DNA from: an uncultured delta proteobacterium
GTDB lineage: Bacteria; Desulfobacterota; Binatia; JACPRU01
DNA: 64,000 nucleotides
Direction of reading: 5' to 3'
Assembly: GCA_963745025.1 (NCBI GenBank)
Contig: CAVUWD010000008.1
Coordinates: 128,001-192,000, forward strand
Each line of letters opens with the position of its first letter. The first letter of the stretch is position 1. Shown here one piece after another: positions 30,470 to 39,507 of this stretch. The position numbers were made by a program, and so were the translations under genes. Below the pieces are notes generated by a model. The model saw only the letters and a program-made list of their open reading frames with translations, ran no database searches and had not been told where the DNA came from.

Positions 30470-30600
30470 CCTTGAACGCCGGCGAAGTTAGCTGACGGGT
30501 TCGGGCTCAAAGAGCGTAGCCCGTCCGGGTCCGTTGCCGCGACCCGGATTAGCCCCAAGACGCTGGGTCCTCCGCTCCCCTTCCGGGGATTAGGCGCGTA
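30470..30600 (-). promoter_or_regulatory. c-di-AMP (ydaO/yuaA) riboswitch
   Basis: Minus strand: CGCCTAATCC..GCGGAGGACCC..TTGGGGCTAATCC..CCCGAACCCGTCAGCTAACTTCGCCGGCG, ending at the rlpA SD (aaggag). Confidence 0.88.
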
Positions 30601-30751
30601 TTATGGGCGCTATTGCCGCAAAGCTGGGACCCCGTCAACGCCCGTGGAGGATGAACCTGGGCGCGTCCGGCGTAAATTGAGCTTATTCAGCCCCTTAGCG
30701 TGCGGTCGAGGAACCCGTCGGTCTCCCGAGTGTGCGGGGCAGGCGCGATCG

Positions 30752-31783
30752 TCAGCCCAATTTGGGCATGACGTGTCGCGCGAAAAGCTCCATCGATCGA
30801 AGCGTCTTCTTCGGATCGTTCCCCGGCATCGACATGTACGTCACGAGGTGCGAGCCCGGGGAACGCGCCAGGTAGTCCTGAAGCCCGGCCCTGACCTCGT
30901 CGGGCGTGCCGACGAAGGCCGGCTCGCCGAAGAACTCCCCCTTCTGTTCCTTGCGAAACTGTGCGGGCGTGGGCACTGCCTGCCCTTCGACGTCGCCCGT
31001 GATGTCGCCCGAAGCGACCGCCCAGTCGTGGTAATATTTGAGCACGTGGTGGAAGCCGTCGGCGATGTCGTCCCACGCCCCTTCGTGCGTATCGGCGCAA
31101 TAGCACAAGACGAGCTGGAGGATCTTGAAATCGGCAGGATTGCGGCCATGGCGCTCGAGCGCCGCGATGTACTTGGCGCGGTGATGTCCCACTCCGACGG
31201 AGGCGAAATGGAAGCCGAGACGCGCGGCGCGATCGATGGCCTTGTCGGCGCGCGCGCCCACCCAGATCGGAAGGTTCTGTTGCACGGGCGGCGGCGCGAT
31301 CTGGATGTTGTCCAGGTGGTTGTGTTCGCCTTGGAAGCTGAACTTCTCCCCGCTCAGCAGCCCGCGAAGAACGTGCAAGCCCTCCTCCATGCGGCGGGCG
31401 CGCTGGCCGTGGCGGATGCCGCGGGGGTCGAACTCGTAGGGGACGTAGCCCTGGCCGACACCGAGGTCGAAACGCCCGTTCGATATGATGTCCACCGTGG
31501 CGGCATTCTCCGCCACCGCGATCGGATCGTGCAGCGGCAAGAGCACCACGAACGTCCCGATACGAATCCTGCTCGTCCGCGCCGCCACCGCTCCGGCGAT
31601 CGCCATCAGCGAAGGCGAATAGCCGTCGGCGGCGAAATGATGCTCGGTGAGCCAGACGTGACCGTAGCCGAGCTTCTCGGACTCGACGATCAGGTCGAGA
31701 TCATCCCGGTAGAGGTCCGGCCACGGACGCTTTTTGAACGGCGGATTGCGAAATCCGAAGAGAACGCCACAATCGATGGCCAT
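30752..31783 (-). CDS. LLM-class flavin-dependent oxidoreductase
   Basis: VWLTEHHF, SNGRFDLGVGQGY, FVGTPDEV. Confidence 0.92.
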   Translation of the reverse strand: MAIDCGVLFGFRNPPFKKRPWPDLYRDDLDLIVESEKLGYGHVWLTEHHFAADGYSPSLMAIAGAVAARTSRIRIGTFVVLLPLHDPIAVAENAATVDIISNGRFDLGVGQGYVPYEFDPRGIRHGQRARRMEEGLHVLRGLLSGEKFSFQGEHNHLDNIQIAPPPVQQNLPIWVGARADKAIDRAARLGFHFASVGVGHHRAKYIAALERHGRNPADFKILQLVLCYCADTHEGAWDDIADGFHHVLKYYHDWAVASGDITGDVEGQAVPTPAQFRKEQKGEFFGEPAFVGTPDEVRAGLQDYLARSPGSHLVTYMSMPGNDPKKTLRSMELFARHVMPKLG

Positions 31784-31983
31784 AGAATTCTCCGAAGAGG
31801 GGTGTCTGCGAGCCGGACTCTCCCTTCCTCCTTGCCGCCGCCGTTCTACGGTGGTCGGCGGGATACTTCAACGCCAGTCCCTGCTCGTCTCGATCCGCGC
31901 GTCACAATCCCGAGAATCGTTGCTTGACCATCATGCGTGAGATGCGGTAGGCGCGATCGTTCGGTAGTGGCACGGGAGAATCG

Positions 31984-33177
31984 ATGGCAAACGAGTCCTC
32001 AGCGTACCCCGCGGGCGGAAAGGCAGTCCAGGGTCTCCGAGTCGTGGAGTACGGTGAAGGAGTGTCAGCCGCGTTCGCGGTGAAGGTGCTCGCCGACCTC
32101 GGAGCCGACGTCGTCAAGGTCGAGCCGCCCGAGGGTGATTCTCTCCGTCGGCGCGGTCCGTTTCCCGAGGACAAATCGAATCCCGAAGCGAGCGGCATCT
32201 TCCTCTACCTGAACGCCAACAAGCGCGGTGTCACCCTGGATCTCCGCCGCAACGAAGACCGCGGCGCGTTCGGTGCGCTGCTGCAGGGCGCCGACGTGTT
32301 GGTCCACAACGTCGCGCCGCCGCGCCGCGCGGAGCTCGGCCTCGCGAGTGACGACCTCACGCGGAAGCACCCGGCCCTCATCGTGACCGCGATCTCGCGT
32401 TTCGGCGACAGCGGTCCACACGCGAGCTACAACGCGCACGAGCTGACCGTCGCAAATGCGTCCGGCTGGGCGTTCCTCAGCCCCGGCGCGTCGCCTCATC
32501 CCGAGCTGCCGCCGCTCAAGGCGTTCGGGAGCCAGCACGAGATGCAGGGCGGGTTGCACGCGAGCATGACGACGATGGCCGCTCTCCTGTCCAAGCGAAA
32601 GACCGGCAAGGGACAAGCGATCGAGGTGTCTCAGCAAGAGTGTGTGGCGGCGATGCTCGAGATGAACTTCATGCACTGGACCTACTCGGGCCGCGAGACG
32701 TCGCGCTGCGGCAACCGACTGCTCGGCCCTTGGTTCATCCTCGACTGCGCCGACGGCCAGTGCTTCCTCGTCTGTGTCGAGGAGCACCAATGGCAGGCGC
32801 TCGTCGAGTTCATGGGCAACCCGGAGTGGGCGAAGGAGGAGATCTTCAAGGACCGGATCGCCCGCGGCTCGAACATGGACGCGCTCTACGCGCTGATGAG
32901 CGAGTGGGCGAGCACCTGGAAGGTGCTGGACCTCTTCCGCGAGGGACAGAAGCGCCGCATCCCGTTCGCCCCGGTCAATCGCATGGGGGAGATCTACGCG
33001 GACGAGCACTTGAAGAGCCGAGGGTTCTTCGTCGACATGACCCATCCCGTCGCGGGCAGCTACCGCGTCCCGAGCGTACCGTTCCGTTCGCAGGTCGGGA
33101 GCTACGCGCTGCGCCGCCCGGCGCCGCGCCTCGGCGAGCACAACGGAGAGCTGCTCGCAGGCAAGGCGCTTCGCTAG
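31984..33177 (+). CDS. Class III CoA-transferase (CaiB/BaiF), subunit 1
   Basis: LADLGADVVKVEPPEGD, LNANKRGVTLDL, APRLGEHN. Confidence 0.93.
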   Translation: MANESSAYPAGGKAVQGLRVVEYGEGVSAAFAVKVLADLGADVVKVEPPEGDSLRRRGPFPEDKSNPEASGIFLYLNANKRGVTLDLRRNEDRGAFGALLQGADVLVHNVAPPRRAELGLASDDLTRKHPALIVTAISRFGDSGPHASYNAHELTVANASGWAFLSPGASPHPELPPLKAFGSQHEMQGGLHASMTTMAALLSKRKTGKGQAIEVSQQECVAAMLEMNFMHWTYSGRETSRCGNRLLGPWFILDCADGQCFLVCVEEHQWQALVEFMGNPEWAKEEIFKDRIARGSNMDALYALMSEWASTWKVLDLFREGQKRRIPFAPVNRMGEIYADEHLKSRGFFVDMTHPVAGSYRVPSVPFRSQVGSYALRRPAPRLGEHNGELLAGKALR

Positions 33178-33202
33178 AGTCCACTTCACAGAGAGTGAAC
33201 CG

Positions 33203-34420
33203 ATGGCAAGTCTTCCCCTCGACGGCGTGAGAGTTCTCGACTTCACTTGGGCCTGGGCCGGGCCGTTCGCGACGCTCCAGCTCGCTCATCTCGGCGCCGA
33301 GGTCATCCGGCTCGAGACTGCGAAGCGGCCGTGCGTGACGCGCTCGATCCCGCCGTTCGCCGAAAATCAGCCAGGGCCGAACCGCGCCGGCTATTTCAAT
33401 CAATACAACCAGGGCAAGCGGAGCCTGACGCTCGACATCCGTTCGCCCGCGGGCGCCGAGATCGTCAAGCGCCTGGTGAAGGTCAGCGACGTCGTCGTCG
33501 AGAACTTCGCGGCCGGAGTGATCGCGCGGATGGGCTTCGGCTACGAGGCGCTTCGCGCCATCAAGCCCGACATCATCATGCTGTCGATTTCGGGCTACGG
33601 GCAGACGGGACCTTACAGCAGCTACATCGGCTATGGACCGCCCGCAGGCGCATTCGCTGGTTTCTTCTCGACGACCGGATACGATGGGCTGCCGCCCTCG
33701 GAGATCGGCATCTCGTACGCCGACCCCAACGCGGGCGTTTGGGGCGCGAACCTCCTGCTCGCGGCGCTCCTGCACCGCGAGAAGACGGGCGAGGGACAGT
33801 ACCTCGATCTCTCGCAGTGGGAGGCGGCGCTGATGATGATGGGCGAGGGCCTGATGGAGCACGCGATGAACGGCCGCACGCCCGAGCGCATCGGCGATCA
33901 CGATCTGCAGATGGCGCCGCACAACACGTACAAGGCGCTCGGCGACCAGGAGAAGTGGGTCGGCATCTCGGTCGGCAACGAAGCAGAATGGCGAGCGCTC
34001 TGCGGGGCGATCGGCGAGCCCGGGCTCGCCGACGATCCGCGCTTCGCCACGACGGCGCTCCGCAAGCAGAACGAGGCCGCGCTCGACGACGTCATCACGA
34101 AGTGGACGAGCACGCGCGATCGCTGGGAGACGACGCGGGCGCTGCAGCGGGTGGGTGTGGCGGCCTATCCCGCGCTCAGCAACAAGGACCTCGCCGAGAA
34201 CGAGCATCTGCACGAGCGGGGCTTCCTCGTCGCGCTCGAGCATCCCGAAGTCGGGAAGCGGATCCACGCCGGGGTGCCGTGGACGATGTCGGGGACACCG
34301 ACGAAGGTGCGAAAGCCGGCGCCGCTTCGCGGCGCCGACACCGATTCCGTGCTTCGCGACCTCCTCGGCTACTCGCAGGCGGAGATCGAACGGTTCCGCA
34401 CCGACGGCGTTCTCAGCTGA
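33203..34420 (+). CDS. Class III CoA-transferase, subunit 2
   Basis: LDGVRVLDFTWAWAGP, SDVVVENF, YADPNAG. Confidence 0.93.
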   Translation: MASLPLDGVRVLDFTWAWAGPFATLQLAHLGAEVIRLETAKRPCVTRSIPPFAENQPGPNRAGYFNQYNQGKRSLTLDIRSPAGAEIVKRLVKVSDVVVENFAAGVIARMGFGYEALRAIKPDIIMLSISGYGQTGPYSSYIGYGPPAGAFAGFFSTTGYDGLPPSEIGISYADPNAGVWGANLLLAALLHREKTGEGQYLDLSQWEAALMMMGEGLMEHAMNGRTPERIGDHDLQMAPHNTYKALGDQEKWVGISVGNEAEWRALCGAIGEPGLADDPRFATTALRKQNEAALDDVITKWTSTRDRWETTRALQRVGVAAYPALSNKDLAENEHLHERGFLVALEHPEVGKRIHAGVPWTMSGTPTKVRKPAPLRGADTDSVLRDLLGYSQAEIERFRTDGVLS

Positions 34421-34426
34421 CGCGCC

Positions 34427-34819
34427 GTGAGCCAGGACCGCCCCTCAGTCGCCGAGATCGTGCGCACCGTCGCCGAGTTTCTCGACGGCTTGCGGCCGAA
34501 GCTCGAGGGCGAGTCGCAATACGGTGCGCTGGTCTCGGCGTACATCCTTCGCATCGCCGAGCGCGAGCTCGCGCTCTCGGCGGCGCTCGACGCCCAGGAG
34601 CGGGAGGATCTCGTCGCATTGCTCGGGCGCTCGGCCTCCCTCGCCGAGCTGAATCGGATGCTCTGCGAGGGCATCCGCGCGGGACGATTCGACGGCGACT
34701 GGGAGCGCGTCTTCGACGTCGTCCTCGCGCAGGCGGTGCGGAAGCTGCGGATCGTTCGCCCGGAGCACCTCGCTCCCGTGCACGTCGAAACGCAGTCGTC
34801 GGGCTCCGCGCGTGAGTAG
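34427..34819 (+). CDS. DUF6285-like protein
   Basis: QDRPSVAEIVRTVAEFL, IAEREL, KLRIVRP; adjacent to an APH-family kinase. Confidence 0.7.
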   Translation: MSQDRPSVAEIVRTVAEFLDGLRPKLEGESQYGALVSAYILRIAERELALSAALDAQEREDLVALLGRSASLAELNRMLCEGIRAGRFDGDWERVFDVVLAQAVRKLRIVRPEHLAPVHVETQSSGSARE

Positions 34820-35828
34820 TGTGCCGGCCGCGTCGCCCGCGGATGAGGGCGTCCGAGACCTTCTCCGCGCGGTGCGCCGCCGCTACGGCGAATCCGCCGA
34901 GATCGAGAACATCACGATCCCGACGCTCGGCGGCGCGAACCGCACCGTCGTGTTCGATCTGGTGACGGGCGCTGCGAGACGGCGCCTGGTGTCGAGACAG
35001 GAGAGCTACGCCGCCGAGCACACCCCGTTCCTGTCGTCGATGGATCAGTTTCGACTGACTCGGGTCGTGTTCGAGAGCGGCATCGCGGCGCCGGAGCCGA
35101 TCTTCGCGTACGACGTCGACGACGCCATGGGCAACGGATACGTGGCGGCGTTCGTCGGTGGCGAGACCATGCCGAAGAAGATCCTGCAGAACCCGAGGCT
35201 TGCCCGCGCGCGCGAGCGCTTGGTCGCGGAGGTCGCGAGCTCGCTCGCGCGGCTCCATGCCATCGACGTCTCGAACGCGTCGTTTCTCGAAGCGCGCGAC
35301 GACAGCGTCGATCCCATCCGCGCGCAGCGCGTGCGGCTCGACAGCTACGACGAGCCGCATCCGGCGATCGAACTCGCGCTTCGCTGGCTTGAACGGAATC
35401 GACCTTCCGCGGCGGCGCGCCGCATCGTCCACGGCGATCTGCGGGTCGGCAACCTGATCGTCGCGGAGGACGGGCTCGCAGCGATCCTCGACTGGGAGTG
35501 TGCGCACGTCGGCGATCCCGCGGAGGATCTCGGCTGGTTCTGCGTACGCTCCTGGCGCTTCGGCCAGAACGACAAGCCCGCGGGAGGGATCGGCACGCGC
35601 CTCGAGTTGCTGGACGCGTACGAAGCGGCCGGTGGCCGTAAGGTCGACCTCGAGGAAGTCCGCTACTGGGAGATCTTCGGGCTCGCGCGCTGGGCGATCC
35701 TGAACGTCATGCAGGCGCATGGACACGTGTTCGGGGGGCGGCGATCTCCGGCCTTCGCGGCGTGTGGCCGAAACACGAGCATGATCGAGTACGACCTGCT
35801 CCTAACCCTTTGCGGCGACTACGACTGA
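34812..35828 (+). CDS. Phosphotransferase (APH-like) family protein
   Basis: VHGDLRVGNL, LDWECAHVGDPAEDLGW. Confidence 0.9.
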   Translation: MSSVPAASPADEGVRDLLRAVRRRYGESAEIENITIPTLGGANRTVVFDLVTGAARRRLVSRQESYAAEHTPFLSSMDQFRLTRVVFESGIAAPEPIFAYDVDDAMGNGYVAAFVGGETMPKKILQNPRLARARERLVAEVASSLARLHAIDVSNASFLEARDDSVDPIRAQRVRLDSYDEPHPAIELALRWLERNRPSAAARRIVHGDLRVGNLIVAEDGLAAILDWECAHVGDPAEDLGWFCVRSWRFGQNDKPAGGIGTRLELLDAYEAAGGRKVDLEEVRYWEIFGLARWAILNVMQAHGHVFGGRRSPAFAACGRNTSMIEYDLLLTLCGDYD

Positions 35829-35982
35829 AGCCGGGATCGCTCGGAGAAATTGAGCGCCGCGGTTGCCAGCGCGCCGGTCCGGCACTAGACAGGGGCCATG
35901 AAGATGCGGGCGGGTGCCGCCGCGCGCGCGAGGAGGCCGATCATGTCCGCACCTCTCGAAGGAATCCGCGTCGTCGAGATGA

Positions 35983-38010
35983 TCACGGAACGGCGACCTC
36001 GCATGTCTCGCACCGGCGGTCGCGCGGCGGGCGGACGCTTTGGATCGGGGCCGCCGGACGCAGATCGACATCGCCGGCTTGAGCCGCGGTCGCTCCGGAC
36101 GGTACGTAGAGCGTGTACGGGCCGCAGTGCTCGACGGCCACGTAGACCGTTCCCGAGGGCTCGTGTCGGAACTCGGGGCTGGAGTCGTTGATACGAACGA
36201 CTAGATCTGCGGCGACCAGGGGACGCGGGCGGAGGTCGGCATGGATGCTCGCCGGCACGAACCGCGGCGCGCGATCCAAGCCGCGCAAGAGCGCCTGTTG
36301 CACGAGGTACTCCCAGCCCTCTCGAAACGCGATGATGGCGACGCTTCGCGGAGCAACCCGGCGAGCGGCCTCGACGGCGCAACGTAGCGGCCCGCGCAGG
36401 TGGCGCTGGGTGCGGAGCATGTTCTCCTCCCAAGTGGCCGTGAACACGCTCGGCGAGCCGAGCAATGGCTTTTGCCGGCTCCAGAGAATCGACGGCATGA
36501 CCACGAGCAGGGCCACGACCGCGATCGCCGCCACGGCAACTGGACGCGCTCGGTCGAGCAGTGCGCCTGCTACCGCAGCGAAGAGGCTCAGGACCGGCAG
36601 GTGCAGCCGCGCGTGAAACGGCTGCCACTTCAGCATCGCGCAGAAGAGCACGAACGCAGCGCCCGTGGCGAGCGCCGCCGCCACCAGCAGCCGGTCGCGC
36701 CGACGTCGCCACAGCAGGACCGGCGCCACCGCGGCGGCGAGAATCAGGTGGAGTGGTGCGGGCGCCCTGTCTTCGTCGAACGGCATGTAGACGACGGCGA
36801 ACTTCGTTTTTCCGAACGTGGTGCGGCGGTCATCGGGGTCGACGCCGATCCACCGATGAAGATGAATCGTCGCCGATTGGAGCGCGCGATCGATCGCCTC
36901 GCTCGGCACGCCGGCGTGCAGCGTCACGTTGCGAACCGCGTTGGATACGACCACCGCAGGCGAGAACGTCTCGTTCACTAGGCGCCTCCGCACACGCCCG
37001 GATGCGACCGGCGCGCCGAACTCGCCGAGGTTACGCCCGAAGTGCCCGGCGTTGAGTGCGAGTGCGACGAGACCGATCGTGAGCCCGGTAGCGATCCGCC
37101 GCTGCTCCCGCGCGAAGATCGCTACACCCGTGACTACGCCGAGCGGAACGATGAAGGCGATGGCGGTGCCCTTGGTGAGCAACGCGAGGCCGAACGAGGC
37201 ACCGAGCAGCACCGCGCGGCTGGGCATACCACCAGGCCGCGTCCAGGCCGCAAGGGCGAAGTAGGCAGTCGCGCACACCCAGAGGGACAGCACCAAGTCG
37301 TTCTTCGTATTCGTGGCCTGCATCGCCGCCATCGGGTTCGTGACGACGAGCAAGGCCGCGAGAGTCTGGCCCCGCATCGCAGCGCCGAGCTCTCGCGCGA
37401 TGAGCGACGCCGCTATCGCCGTCATTGCCAGTGAAAACCATTGGATCAAGTTCGCCCAGCGGTCTCCGCCGGAAAGCAAGAGAAAATGTGTCCCGACGAA
37501 CTCCGCCATCGGCGGCATCATGATCTGCCGCAGATCGGAGGTGGGGTAGTGCTCCACGCTCGCCTGCTCGATCCAGTAGATCTGGCGGGGCAGGTGGTAG
37601 AGCTGCGAGTCGAAATTGTTGGGAGGTGTGACGGCGGCTACGATTCCCGTCAACAGCAAAACGAGCGCGACGACAGCGACGAAGCAGCGGCCTAGACTGT
37701 CGCGCCCGGCAGCAGCGGCCGTCCACGGTCGACCGTCCGGCTGCCAGCCGTGCCAGCTCCACCGCGCGACTACTGCGATAGACACGGTCGGAACCGCCCA
37801 CCAGAAGAGGACGGGATACGGCAACAGCCAATGCCAGCGGCTCAACAACTCCGTTCCGGTCACGACCCACATGCCGAAAACGATCGACGCGATCAGCAGG
37901 CTCTCTCTCAGGCCGGCTACACTGGCTTCCAGGGATCGACGCGGGAACAACGCCGCGACGCTGACGACGAAGAAGAGGATTGGGATGCCGCCGAGGATCA
38001 ACACGAGCAA
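35983..38010 (-). CDS. GT-C / ArnT-like integral membrane glycosyltransferase
   Basis: PPNNFDSQLYHLPR, TKNDL, GLALLTKGT, many TM helices. Confidence 0.75.
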   Translation of the reverse strand: MLVLILGGIPILFFVVSVAALFPRRSLEASVAGLRESLLIASIVFGMWVVTGTELLSRWHWLLPYPVLFWWAVPTVSIAVVARWSWHGWQPDGRPWTAAAAGRDSLGRCFVAVVALVLLLTGIVAAVTPPNNFDSQLYHLPRQIYWIEQASVEHYPTSDLRQIMMPPMAEFVGTHFLLLSGGDRWANLIQWFSLAMTAIAASLIARELGAAMRGQTLAALLVVTNPMAAMQATNTKNDLVLSLWVCATAYFALAAWTRPGGMPSRAVLLGASFGLALLTKGTAIAFIVPLGVVTGVAIFAREQRRIATGLTIGLVALALNAGHFGRNLGEFGAPVASGRVRRRLVNETFSPAVVVSNAVRNVTLHAGVPSEAIDRALQSATIHLHRWIGVDPDDRRTTFGKTKFAVVYMPFDEDRAPAPLHLILAAAVAPVLLWRRRRDRLLVAAALATGAAFVLFCAMLKWQPFHARLHLPVLSLFAAVAGALLDRARPVAVAAIAVVALLVVMPSILWSRQKPLLGSPSVFTATWEENMLRTQRHLRGPLRCAVEAARRVAPRSVAIIAFREGWEYLVQQALLRGLDRAPRFVPASIHADLRPRPLVAADLVVRINDSSPEFRHEPSGTVYVAVEHCGPYTLYVPSGATAAQAGDVDLRPAAPIQSVRPPRDRRCETCEVAVP

Positions 38011-38128
38011 CCTTCACGCCCAGCTAGGGAACGCGTATATGACAACCACCGCCAACAGGCGATCCGGCGTCCGGCGCCGAATGCGGTCGTAGCGAAGATC
38101 GCCGAGCCCTGAGAAGCCGGCGCGTTCC

Positions 38129-38460
38129 TCAGCGGAGCGACGACGAGGCGGCGAATCGCGTCGGTGAGAGCGCGTCGGCGTCGAACAGGCTCGTCCTGCC
38201 GCCGACGATGAGGTCGGCGGCGATCTGGCCGAGCGCAGAGCTGGTCTCGATGCCGCAGCCACCCTGACCCGCGAGCCAGAAGAATCCCGGCAGGGCCGGG
38301 TCGTCGCCGACCACGGGCACGCGGCCGGGAGAGAAGGTCCGCAGGCCTCACCACCGCTGGCCGAGCACGCGCGGCACCAGCGCAGGTGCGAGCGCGCGCA
38401 ACCGCTCGAGGCGCGCGGCGATGATCTCCTCGTCGGGCGCGGCATCGCACGGCGCCATCG
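38129..38460 (-). pseudogene. FAD-dependent oxidoreductase (DAO) C-terminal fragment
   Basis: GLRTFSP..PVVGDDPALPGFFWLAGQGGCGIETS. Confidence 0.7.
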
Positions 38461-38777
38461 CCTTGGCGACCTCGCGGTTACCGGGTTGATAGCCCCGTGA
38501 TCGCCCGAACGTCTGCGACGCGAATAGGCCCGGAGCGTTATCTCCACGTGGATATAACGCCACGGCCGGCGATGCAACGCCGGCCGTGGGCTTCGCGCCG
38601 TGCTTTCGGCGAGCCATCATCCGCCTCCGCCGCACCAGCGCGCATCCCCATGAAGCGGAACGCGGAACCGCGGCTCGTTATCCGGCGGGGGATAGATTTT
38701 TTGTGCCTAACTTCTTTACGTTTTGCGAAGATGTTTCGCTTTCCCACCCGCCCGCTCTTGGTCGAACGAGCCCGTTT

Positions 38778-38889
38778 CTGCTACCGCCCTGCTACCACAC
38801 CAGGACCAACCAGCCCGAACCAGGAGCACCTCGTCTCACGCGGAATCCTCGTCCGTAGGCGTAGTTGGTTGCTCCTGGTTGCTCTCCGT
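38778..38889 (+). repeat. ~112-bp att-arm-like repeat, copy 3 of 3
   Basis: Tandem ctgctacc, cggaatcctcgtccgtagg, gttgctcctggttgctctccgt. Confidence 0.85.
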
Positions 38890-38930
38890 TGCCGGCTCGA
38901 TAGTATCGAGCGAAGCGATTTCTTTCGTGG

Positions 38931-39060
38931 GGCACTGAATATAATACGGGGATCGTGGTGAGTCGGCTGAGATCGGTTGCGAAGGGGTGGTGTTCGACGT
39001 ACGGCCGCGTCGCAAGAAACCACGATGTAGCGGATGCGGAAGGCAGGCGCCTGGCTCGAC
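38931..39060 (+). pseudogene. ISL3 transposase N-terminal remnant
   Basis: VFDVRPRRKKPRCSGCG zinc-finger start; GGCACTG end-like motif at 38931. Confidence 0.5.
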
Positions 39061-39084
39061 CAGCACCGGCGCGCCGCTCTCTGC

Positions 39085-39350
39085 AATCTTGAGCGCCTCG
39101 AGGAAGTCAGCCATTGCGAAGCCGTTCATCAGCGGCAGGTATCCGCGAAACAGGACGCGGTCGAAGCATGAGAGCGTTCCCTGGACCTTGGCTGCGTGCT
39201 TGGCGATGAAGGTTTCCATGGCGACCATCAAACTCCAGGCCGGGGCCACGAGGGAAGCATTTCCTCGTCACGACGAACCACCCGCGGGCACCAGCCCGCC
39301 TTGGTTGCGGCCGAAGCGCCGCGTTAGCCGGCATAAAGGGCTGAGTTGTC
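39085..39350 (-). mobile_element. 5' remnant of a poorly classified transposase-like element
   Basis: METFIAKHAAKVQGTLSCFDRVLFRGYL from 39219; end motif 39325-39350 is 21/26 identical to the 32-bp repeat. Confidence 0.55.
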
Positions 39351-39507
39351 ATAACGATGGATCTCGGACACCGGGCCTGCCACTCTACCGCTCTACGCCG
39401 CCCGCTTTGACGGTGCGCACAAAGCGGTGGCCGAGCCGCGTATCACTACGTAGCGTGGGTAGTCCTCCGCATCATCCCATCGATGCTCTCGACGTCGCCC
39501 GATCCAC

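Noticed and set aside
13382-38889. CRISPR array
   Set aside because: The repeats are kilobases apart with no regular spacers, and no cas genes are seen.
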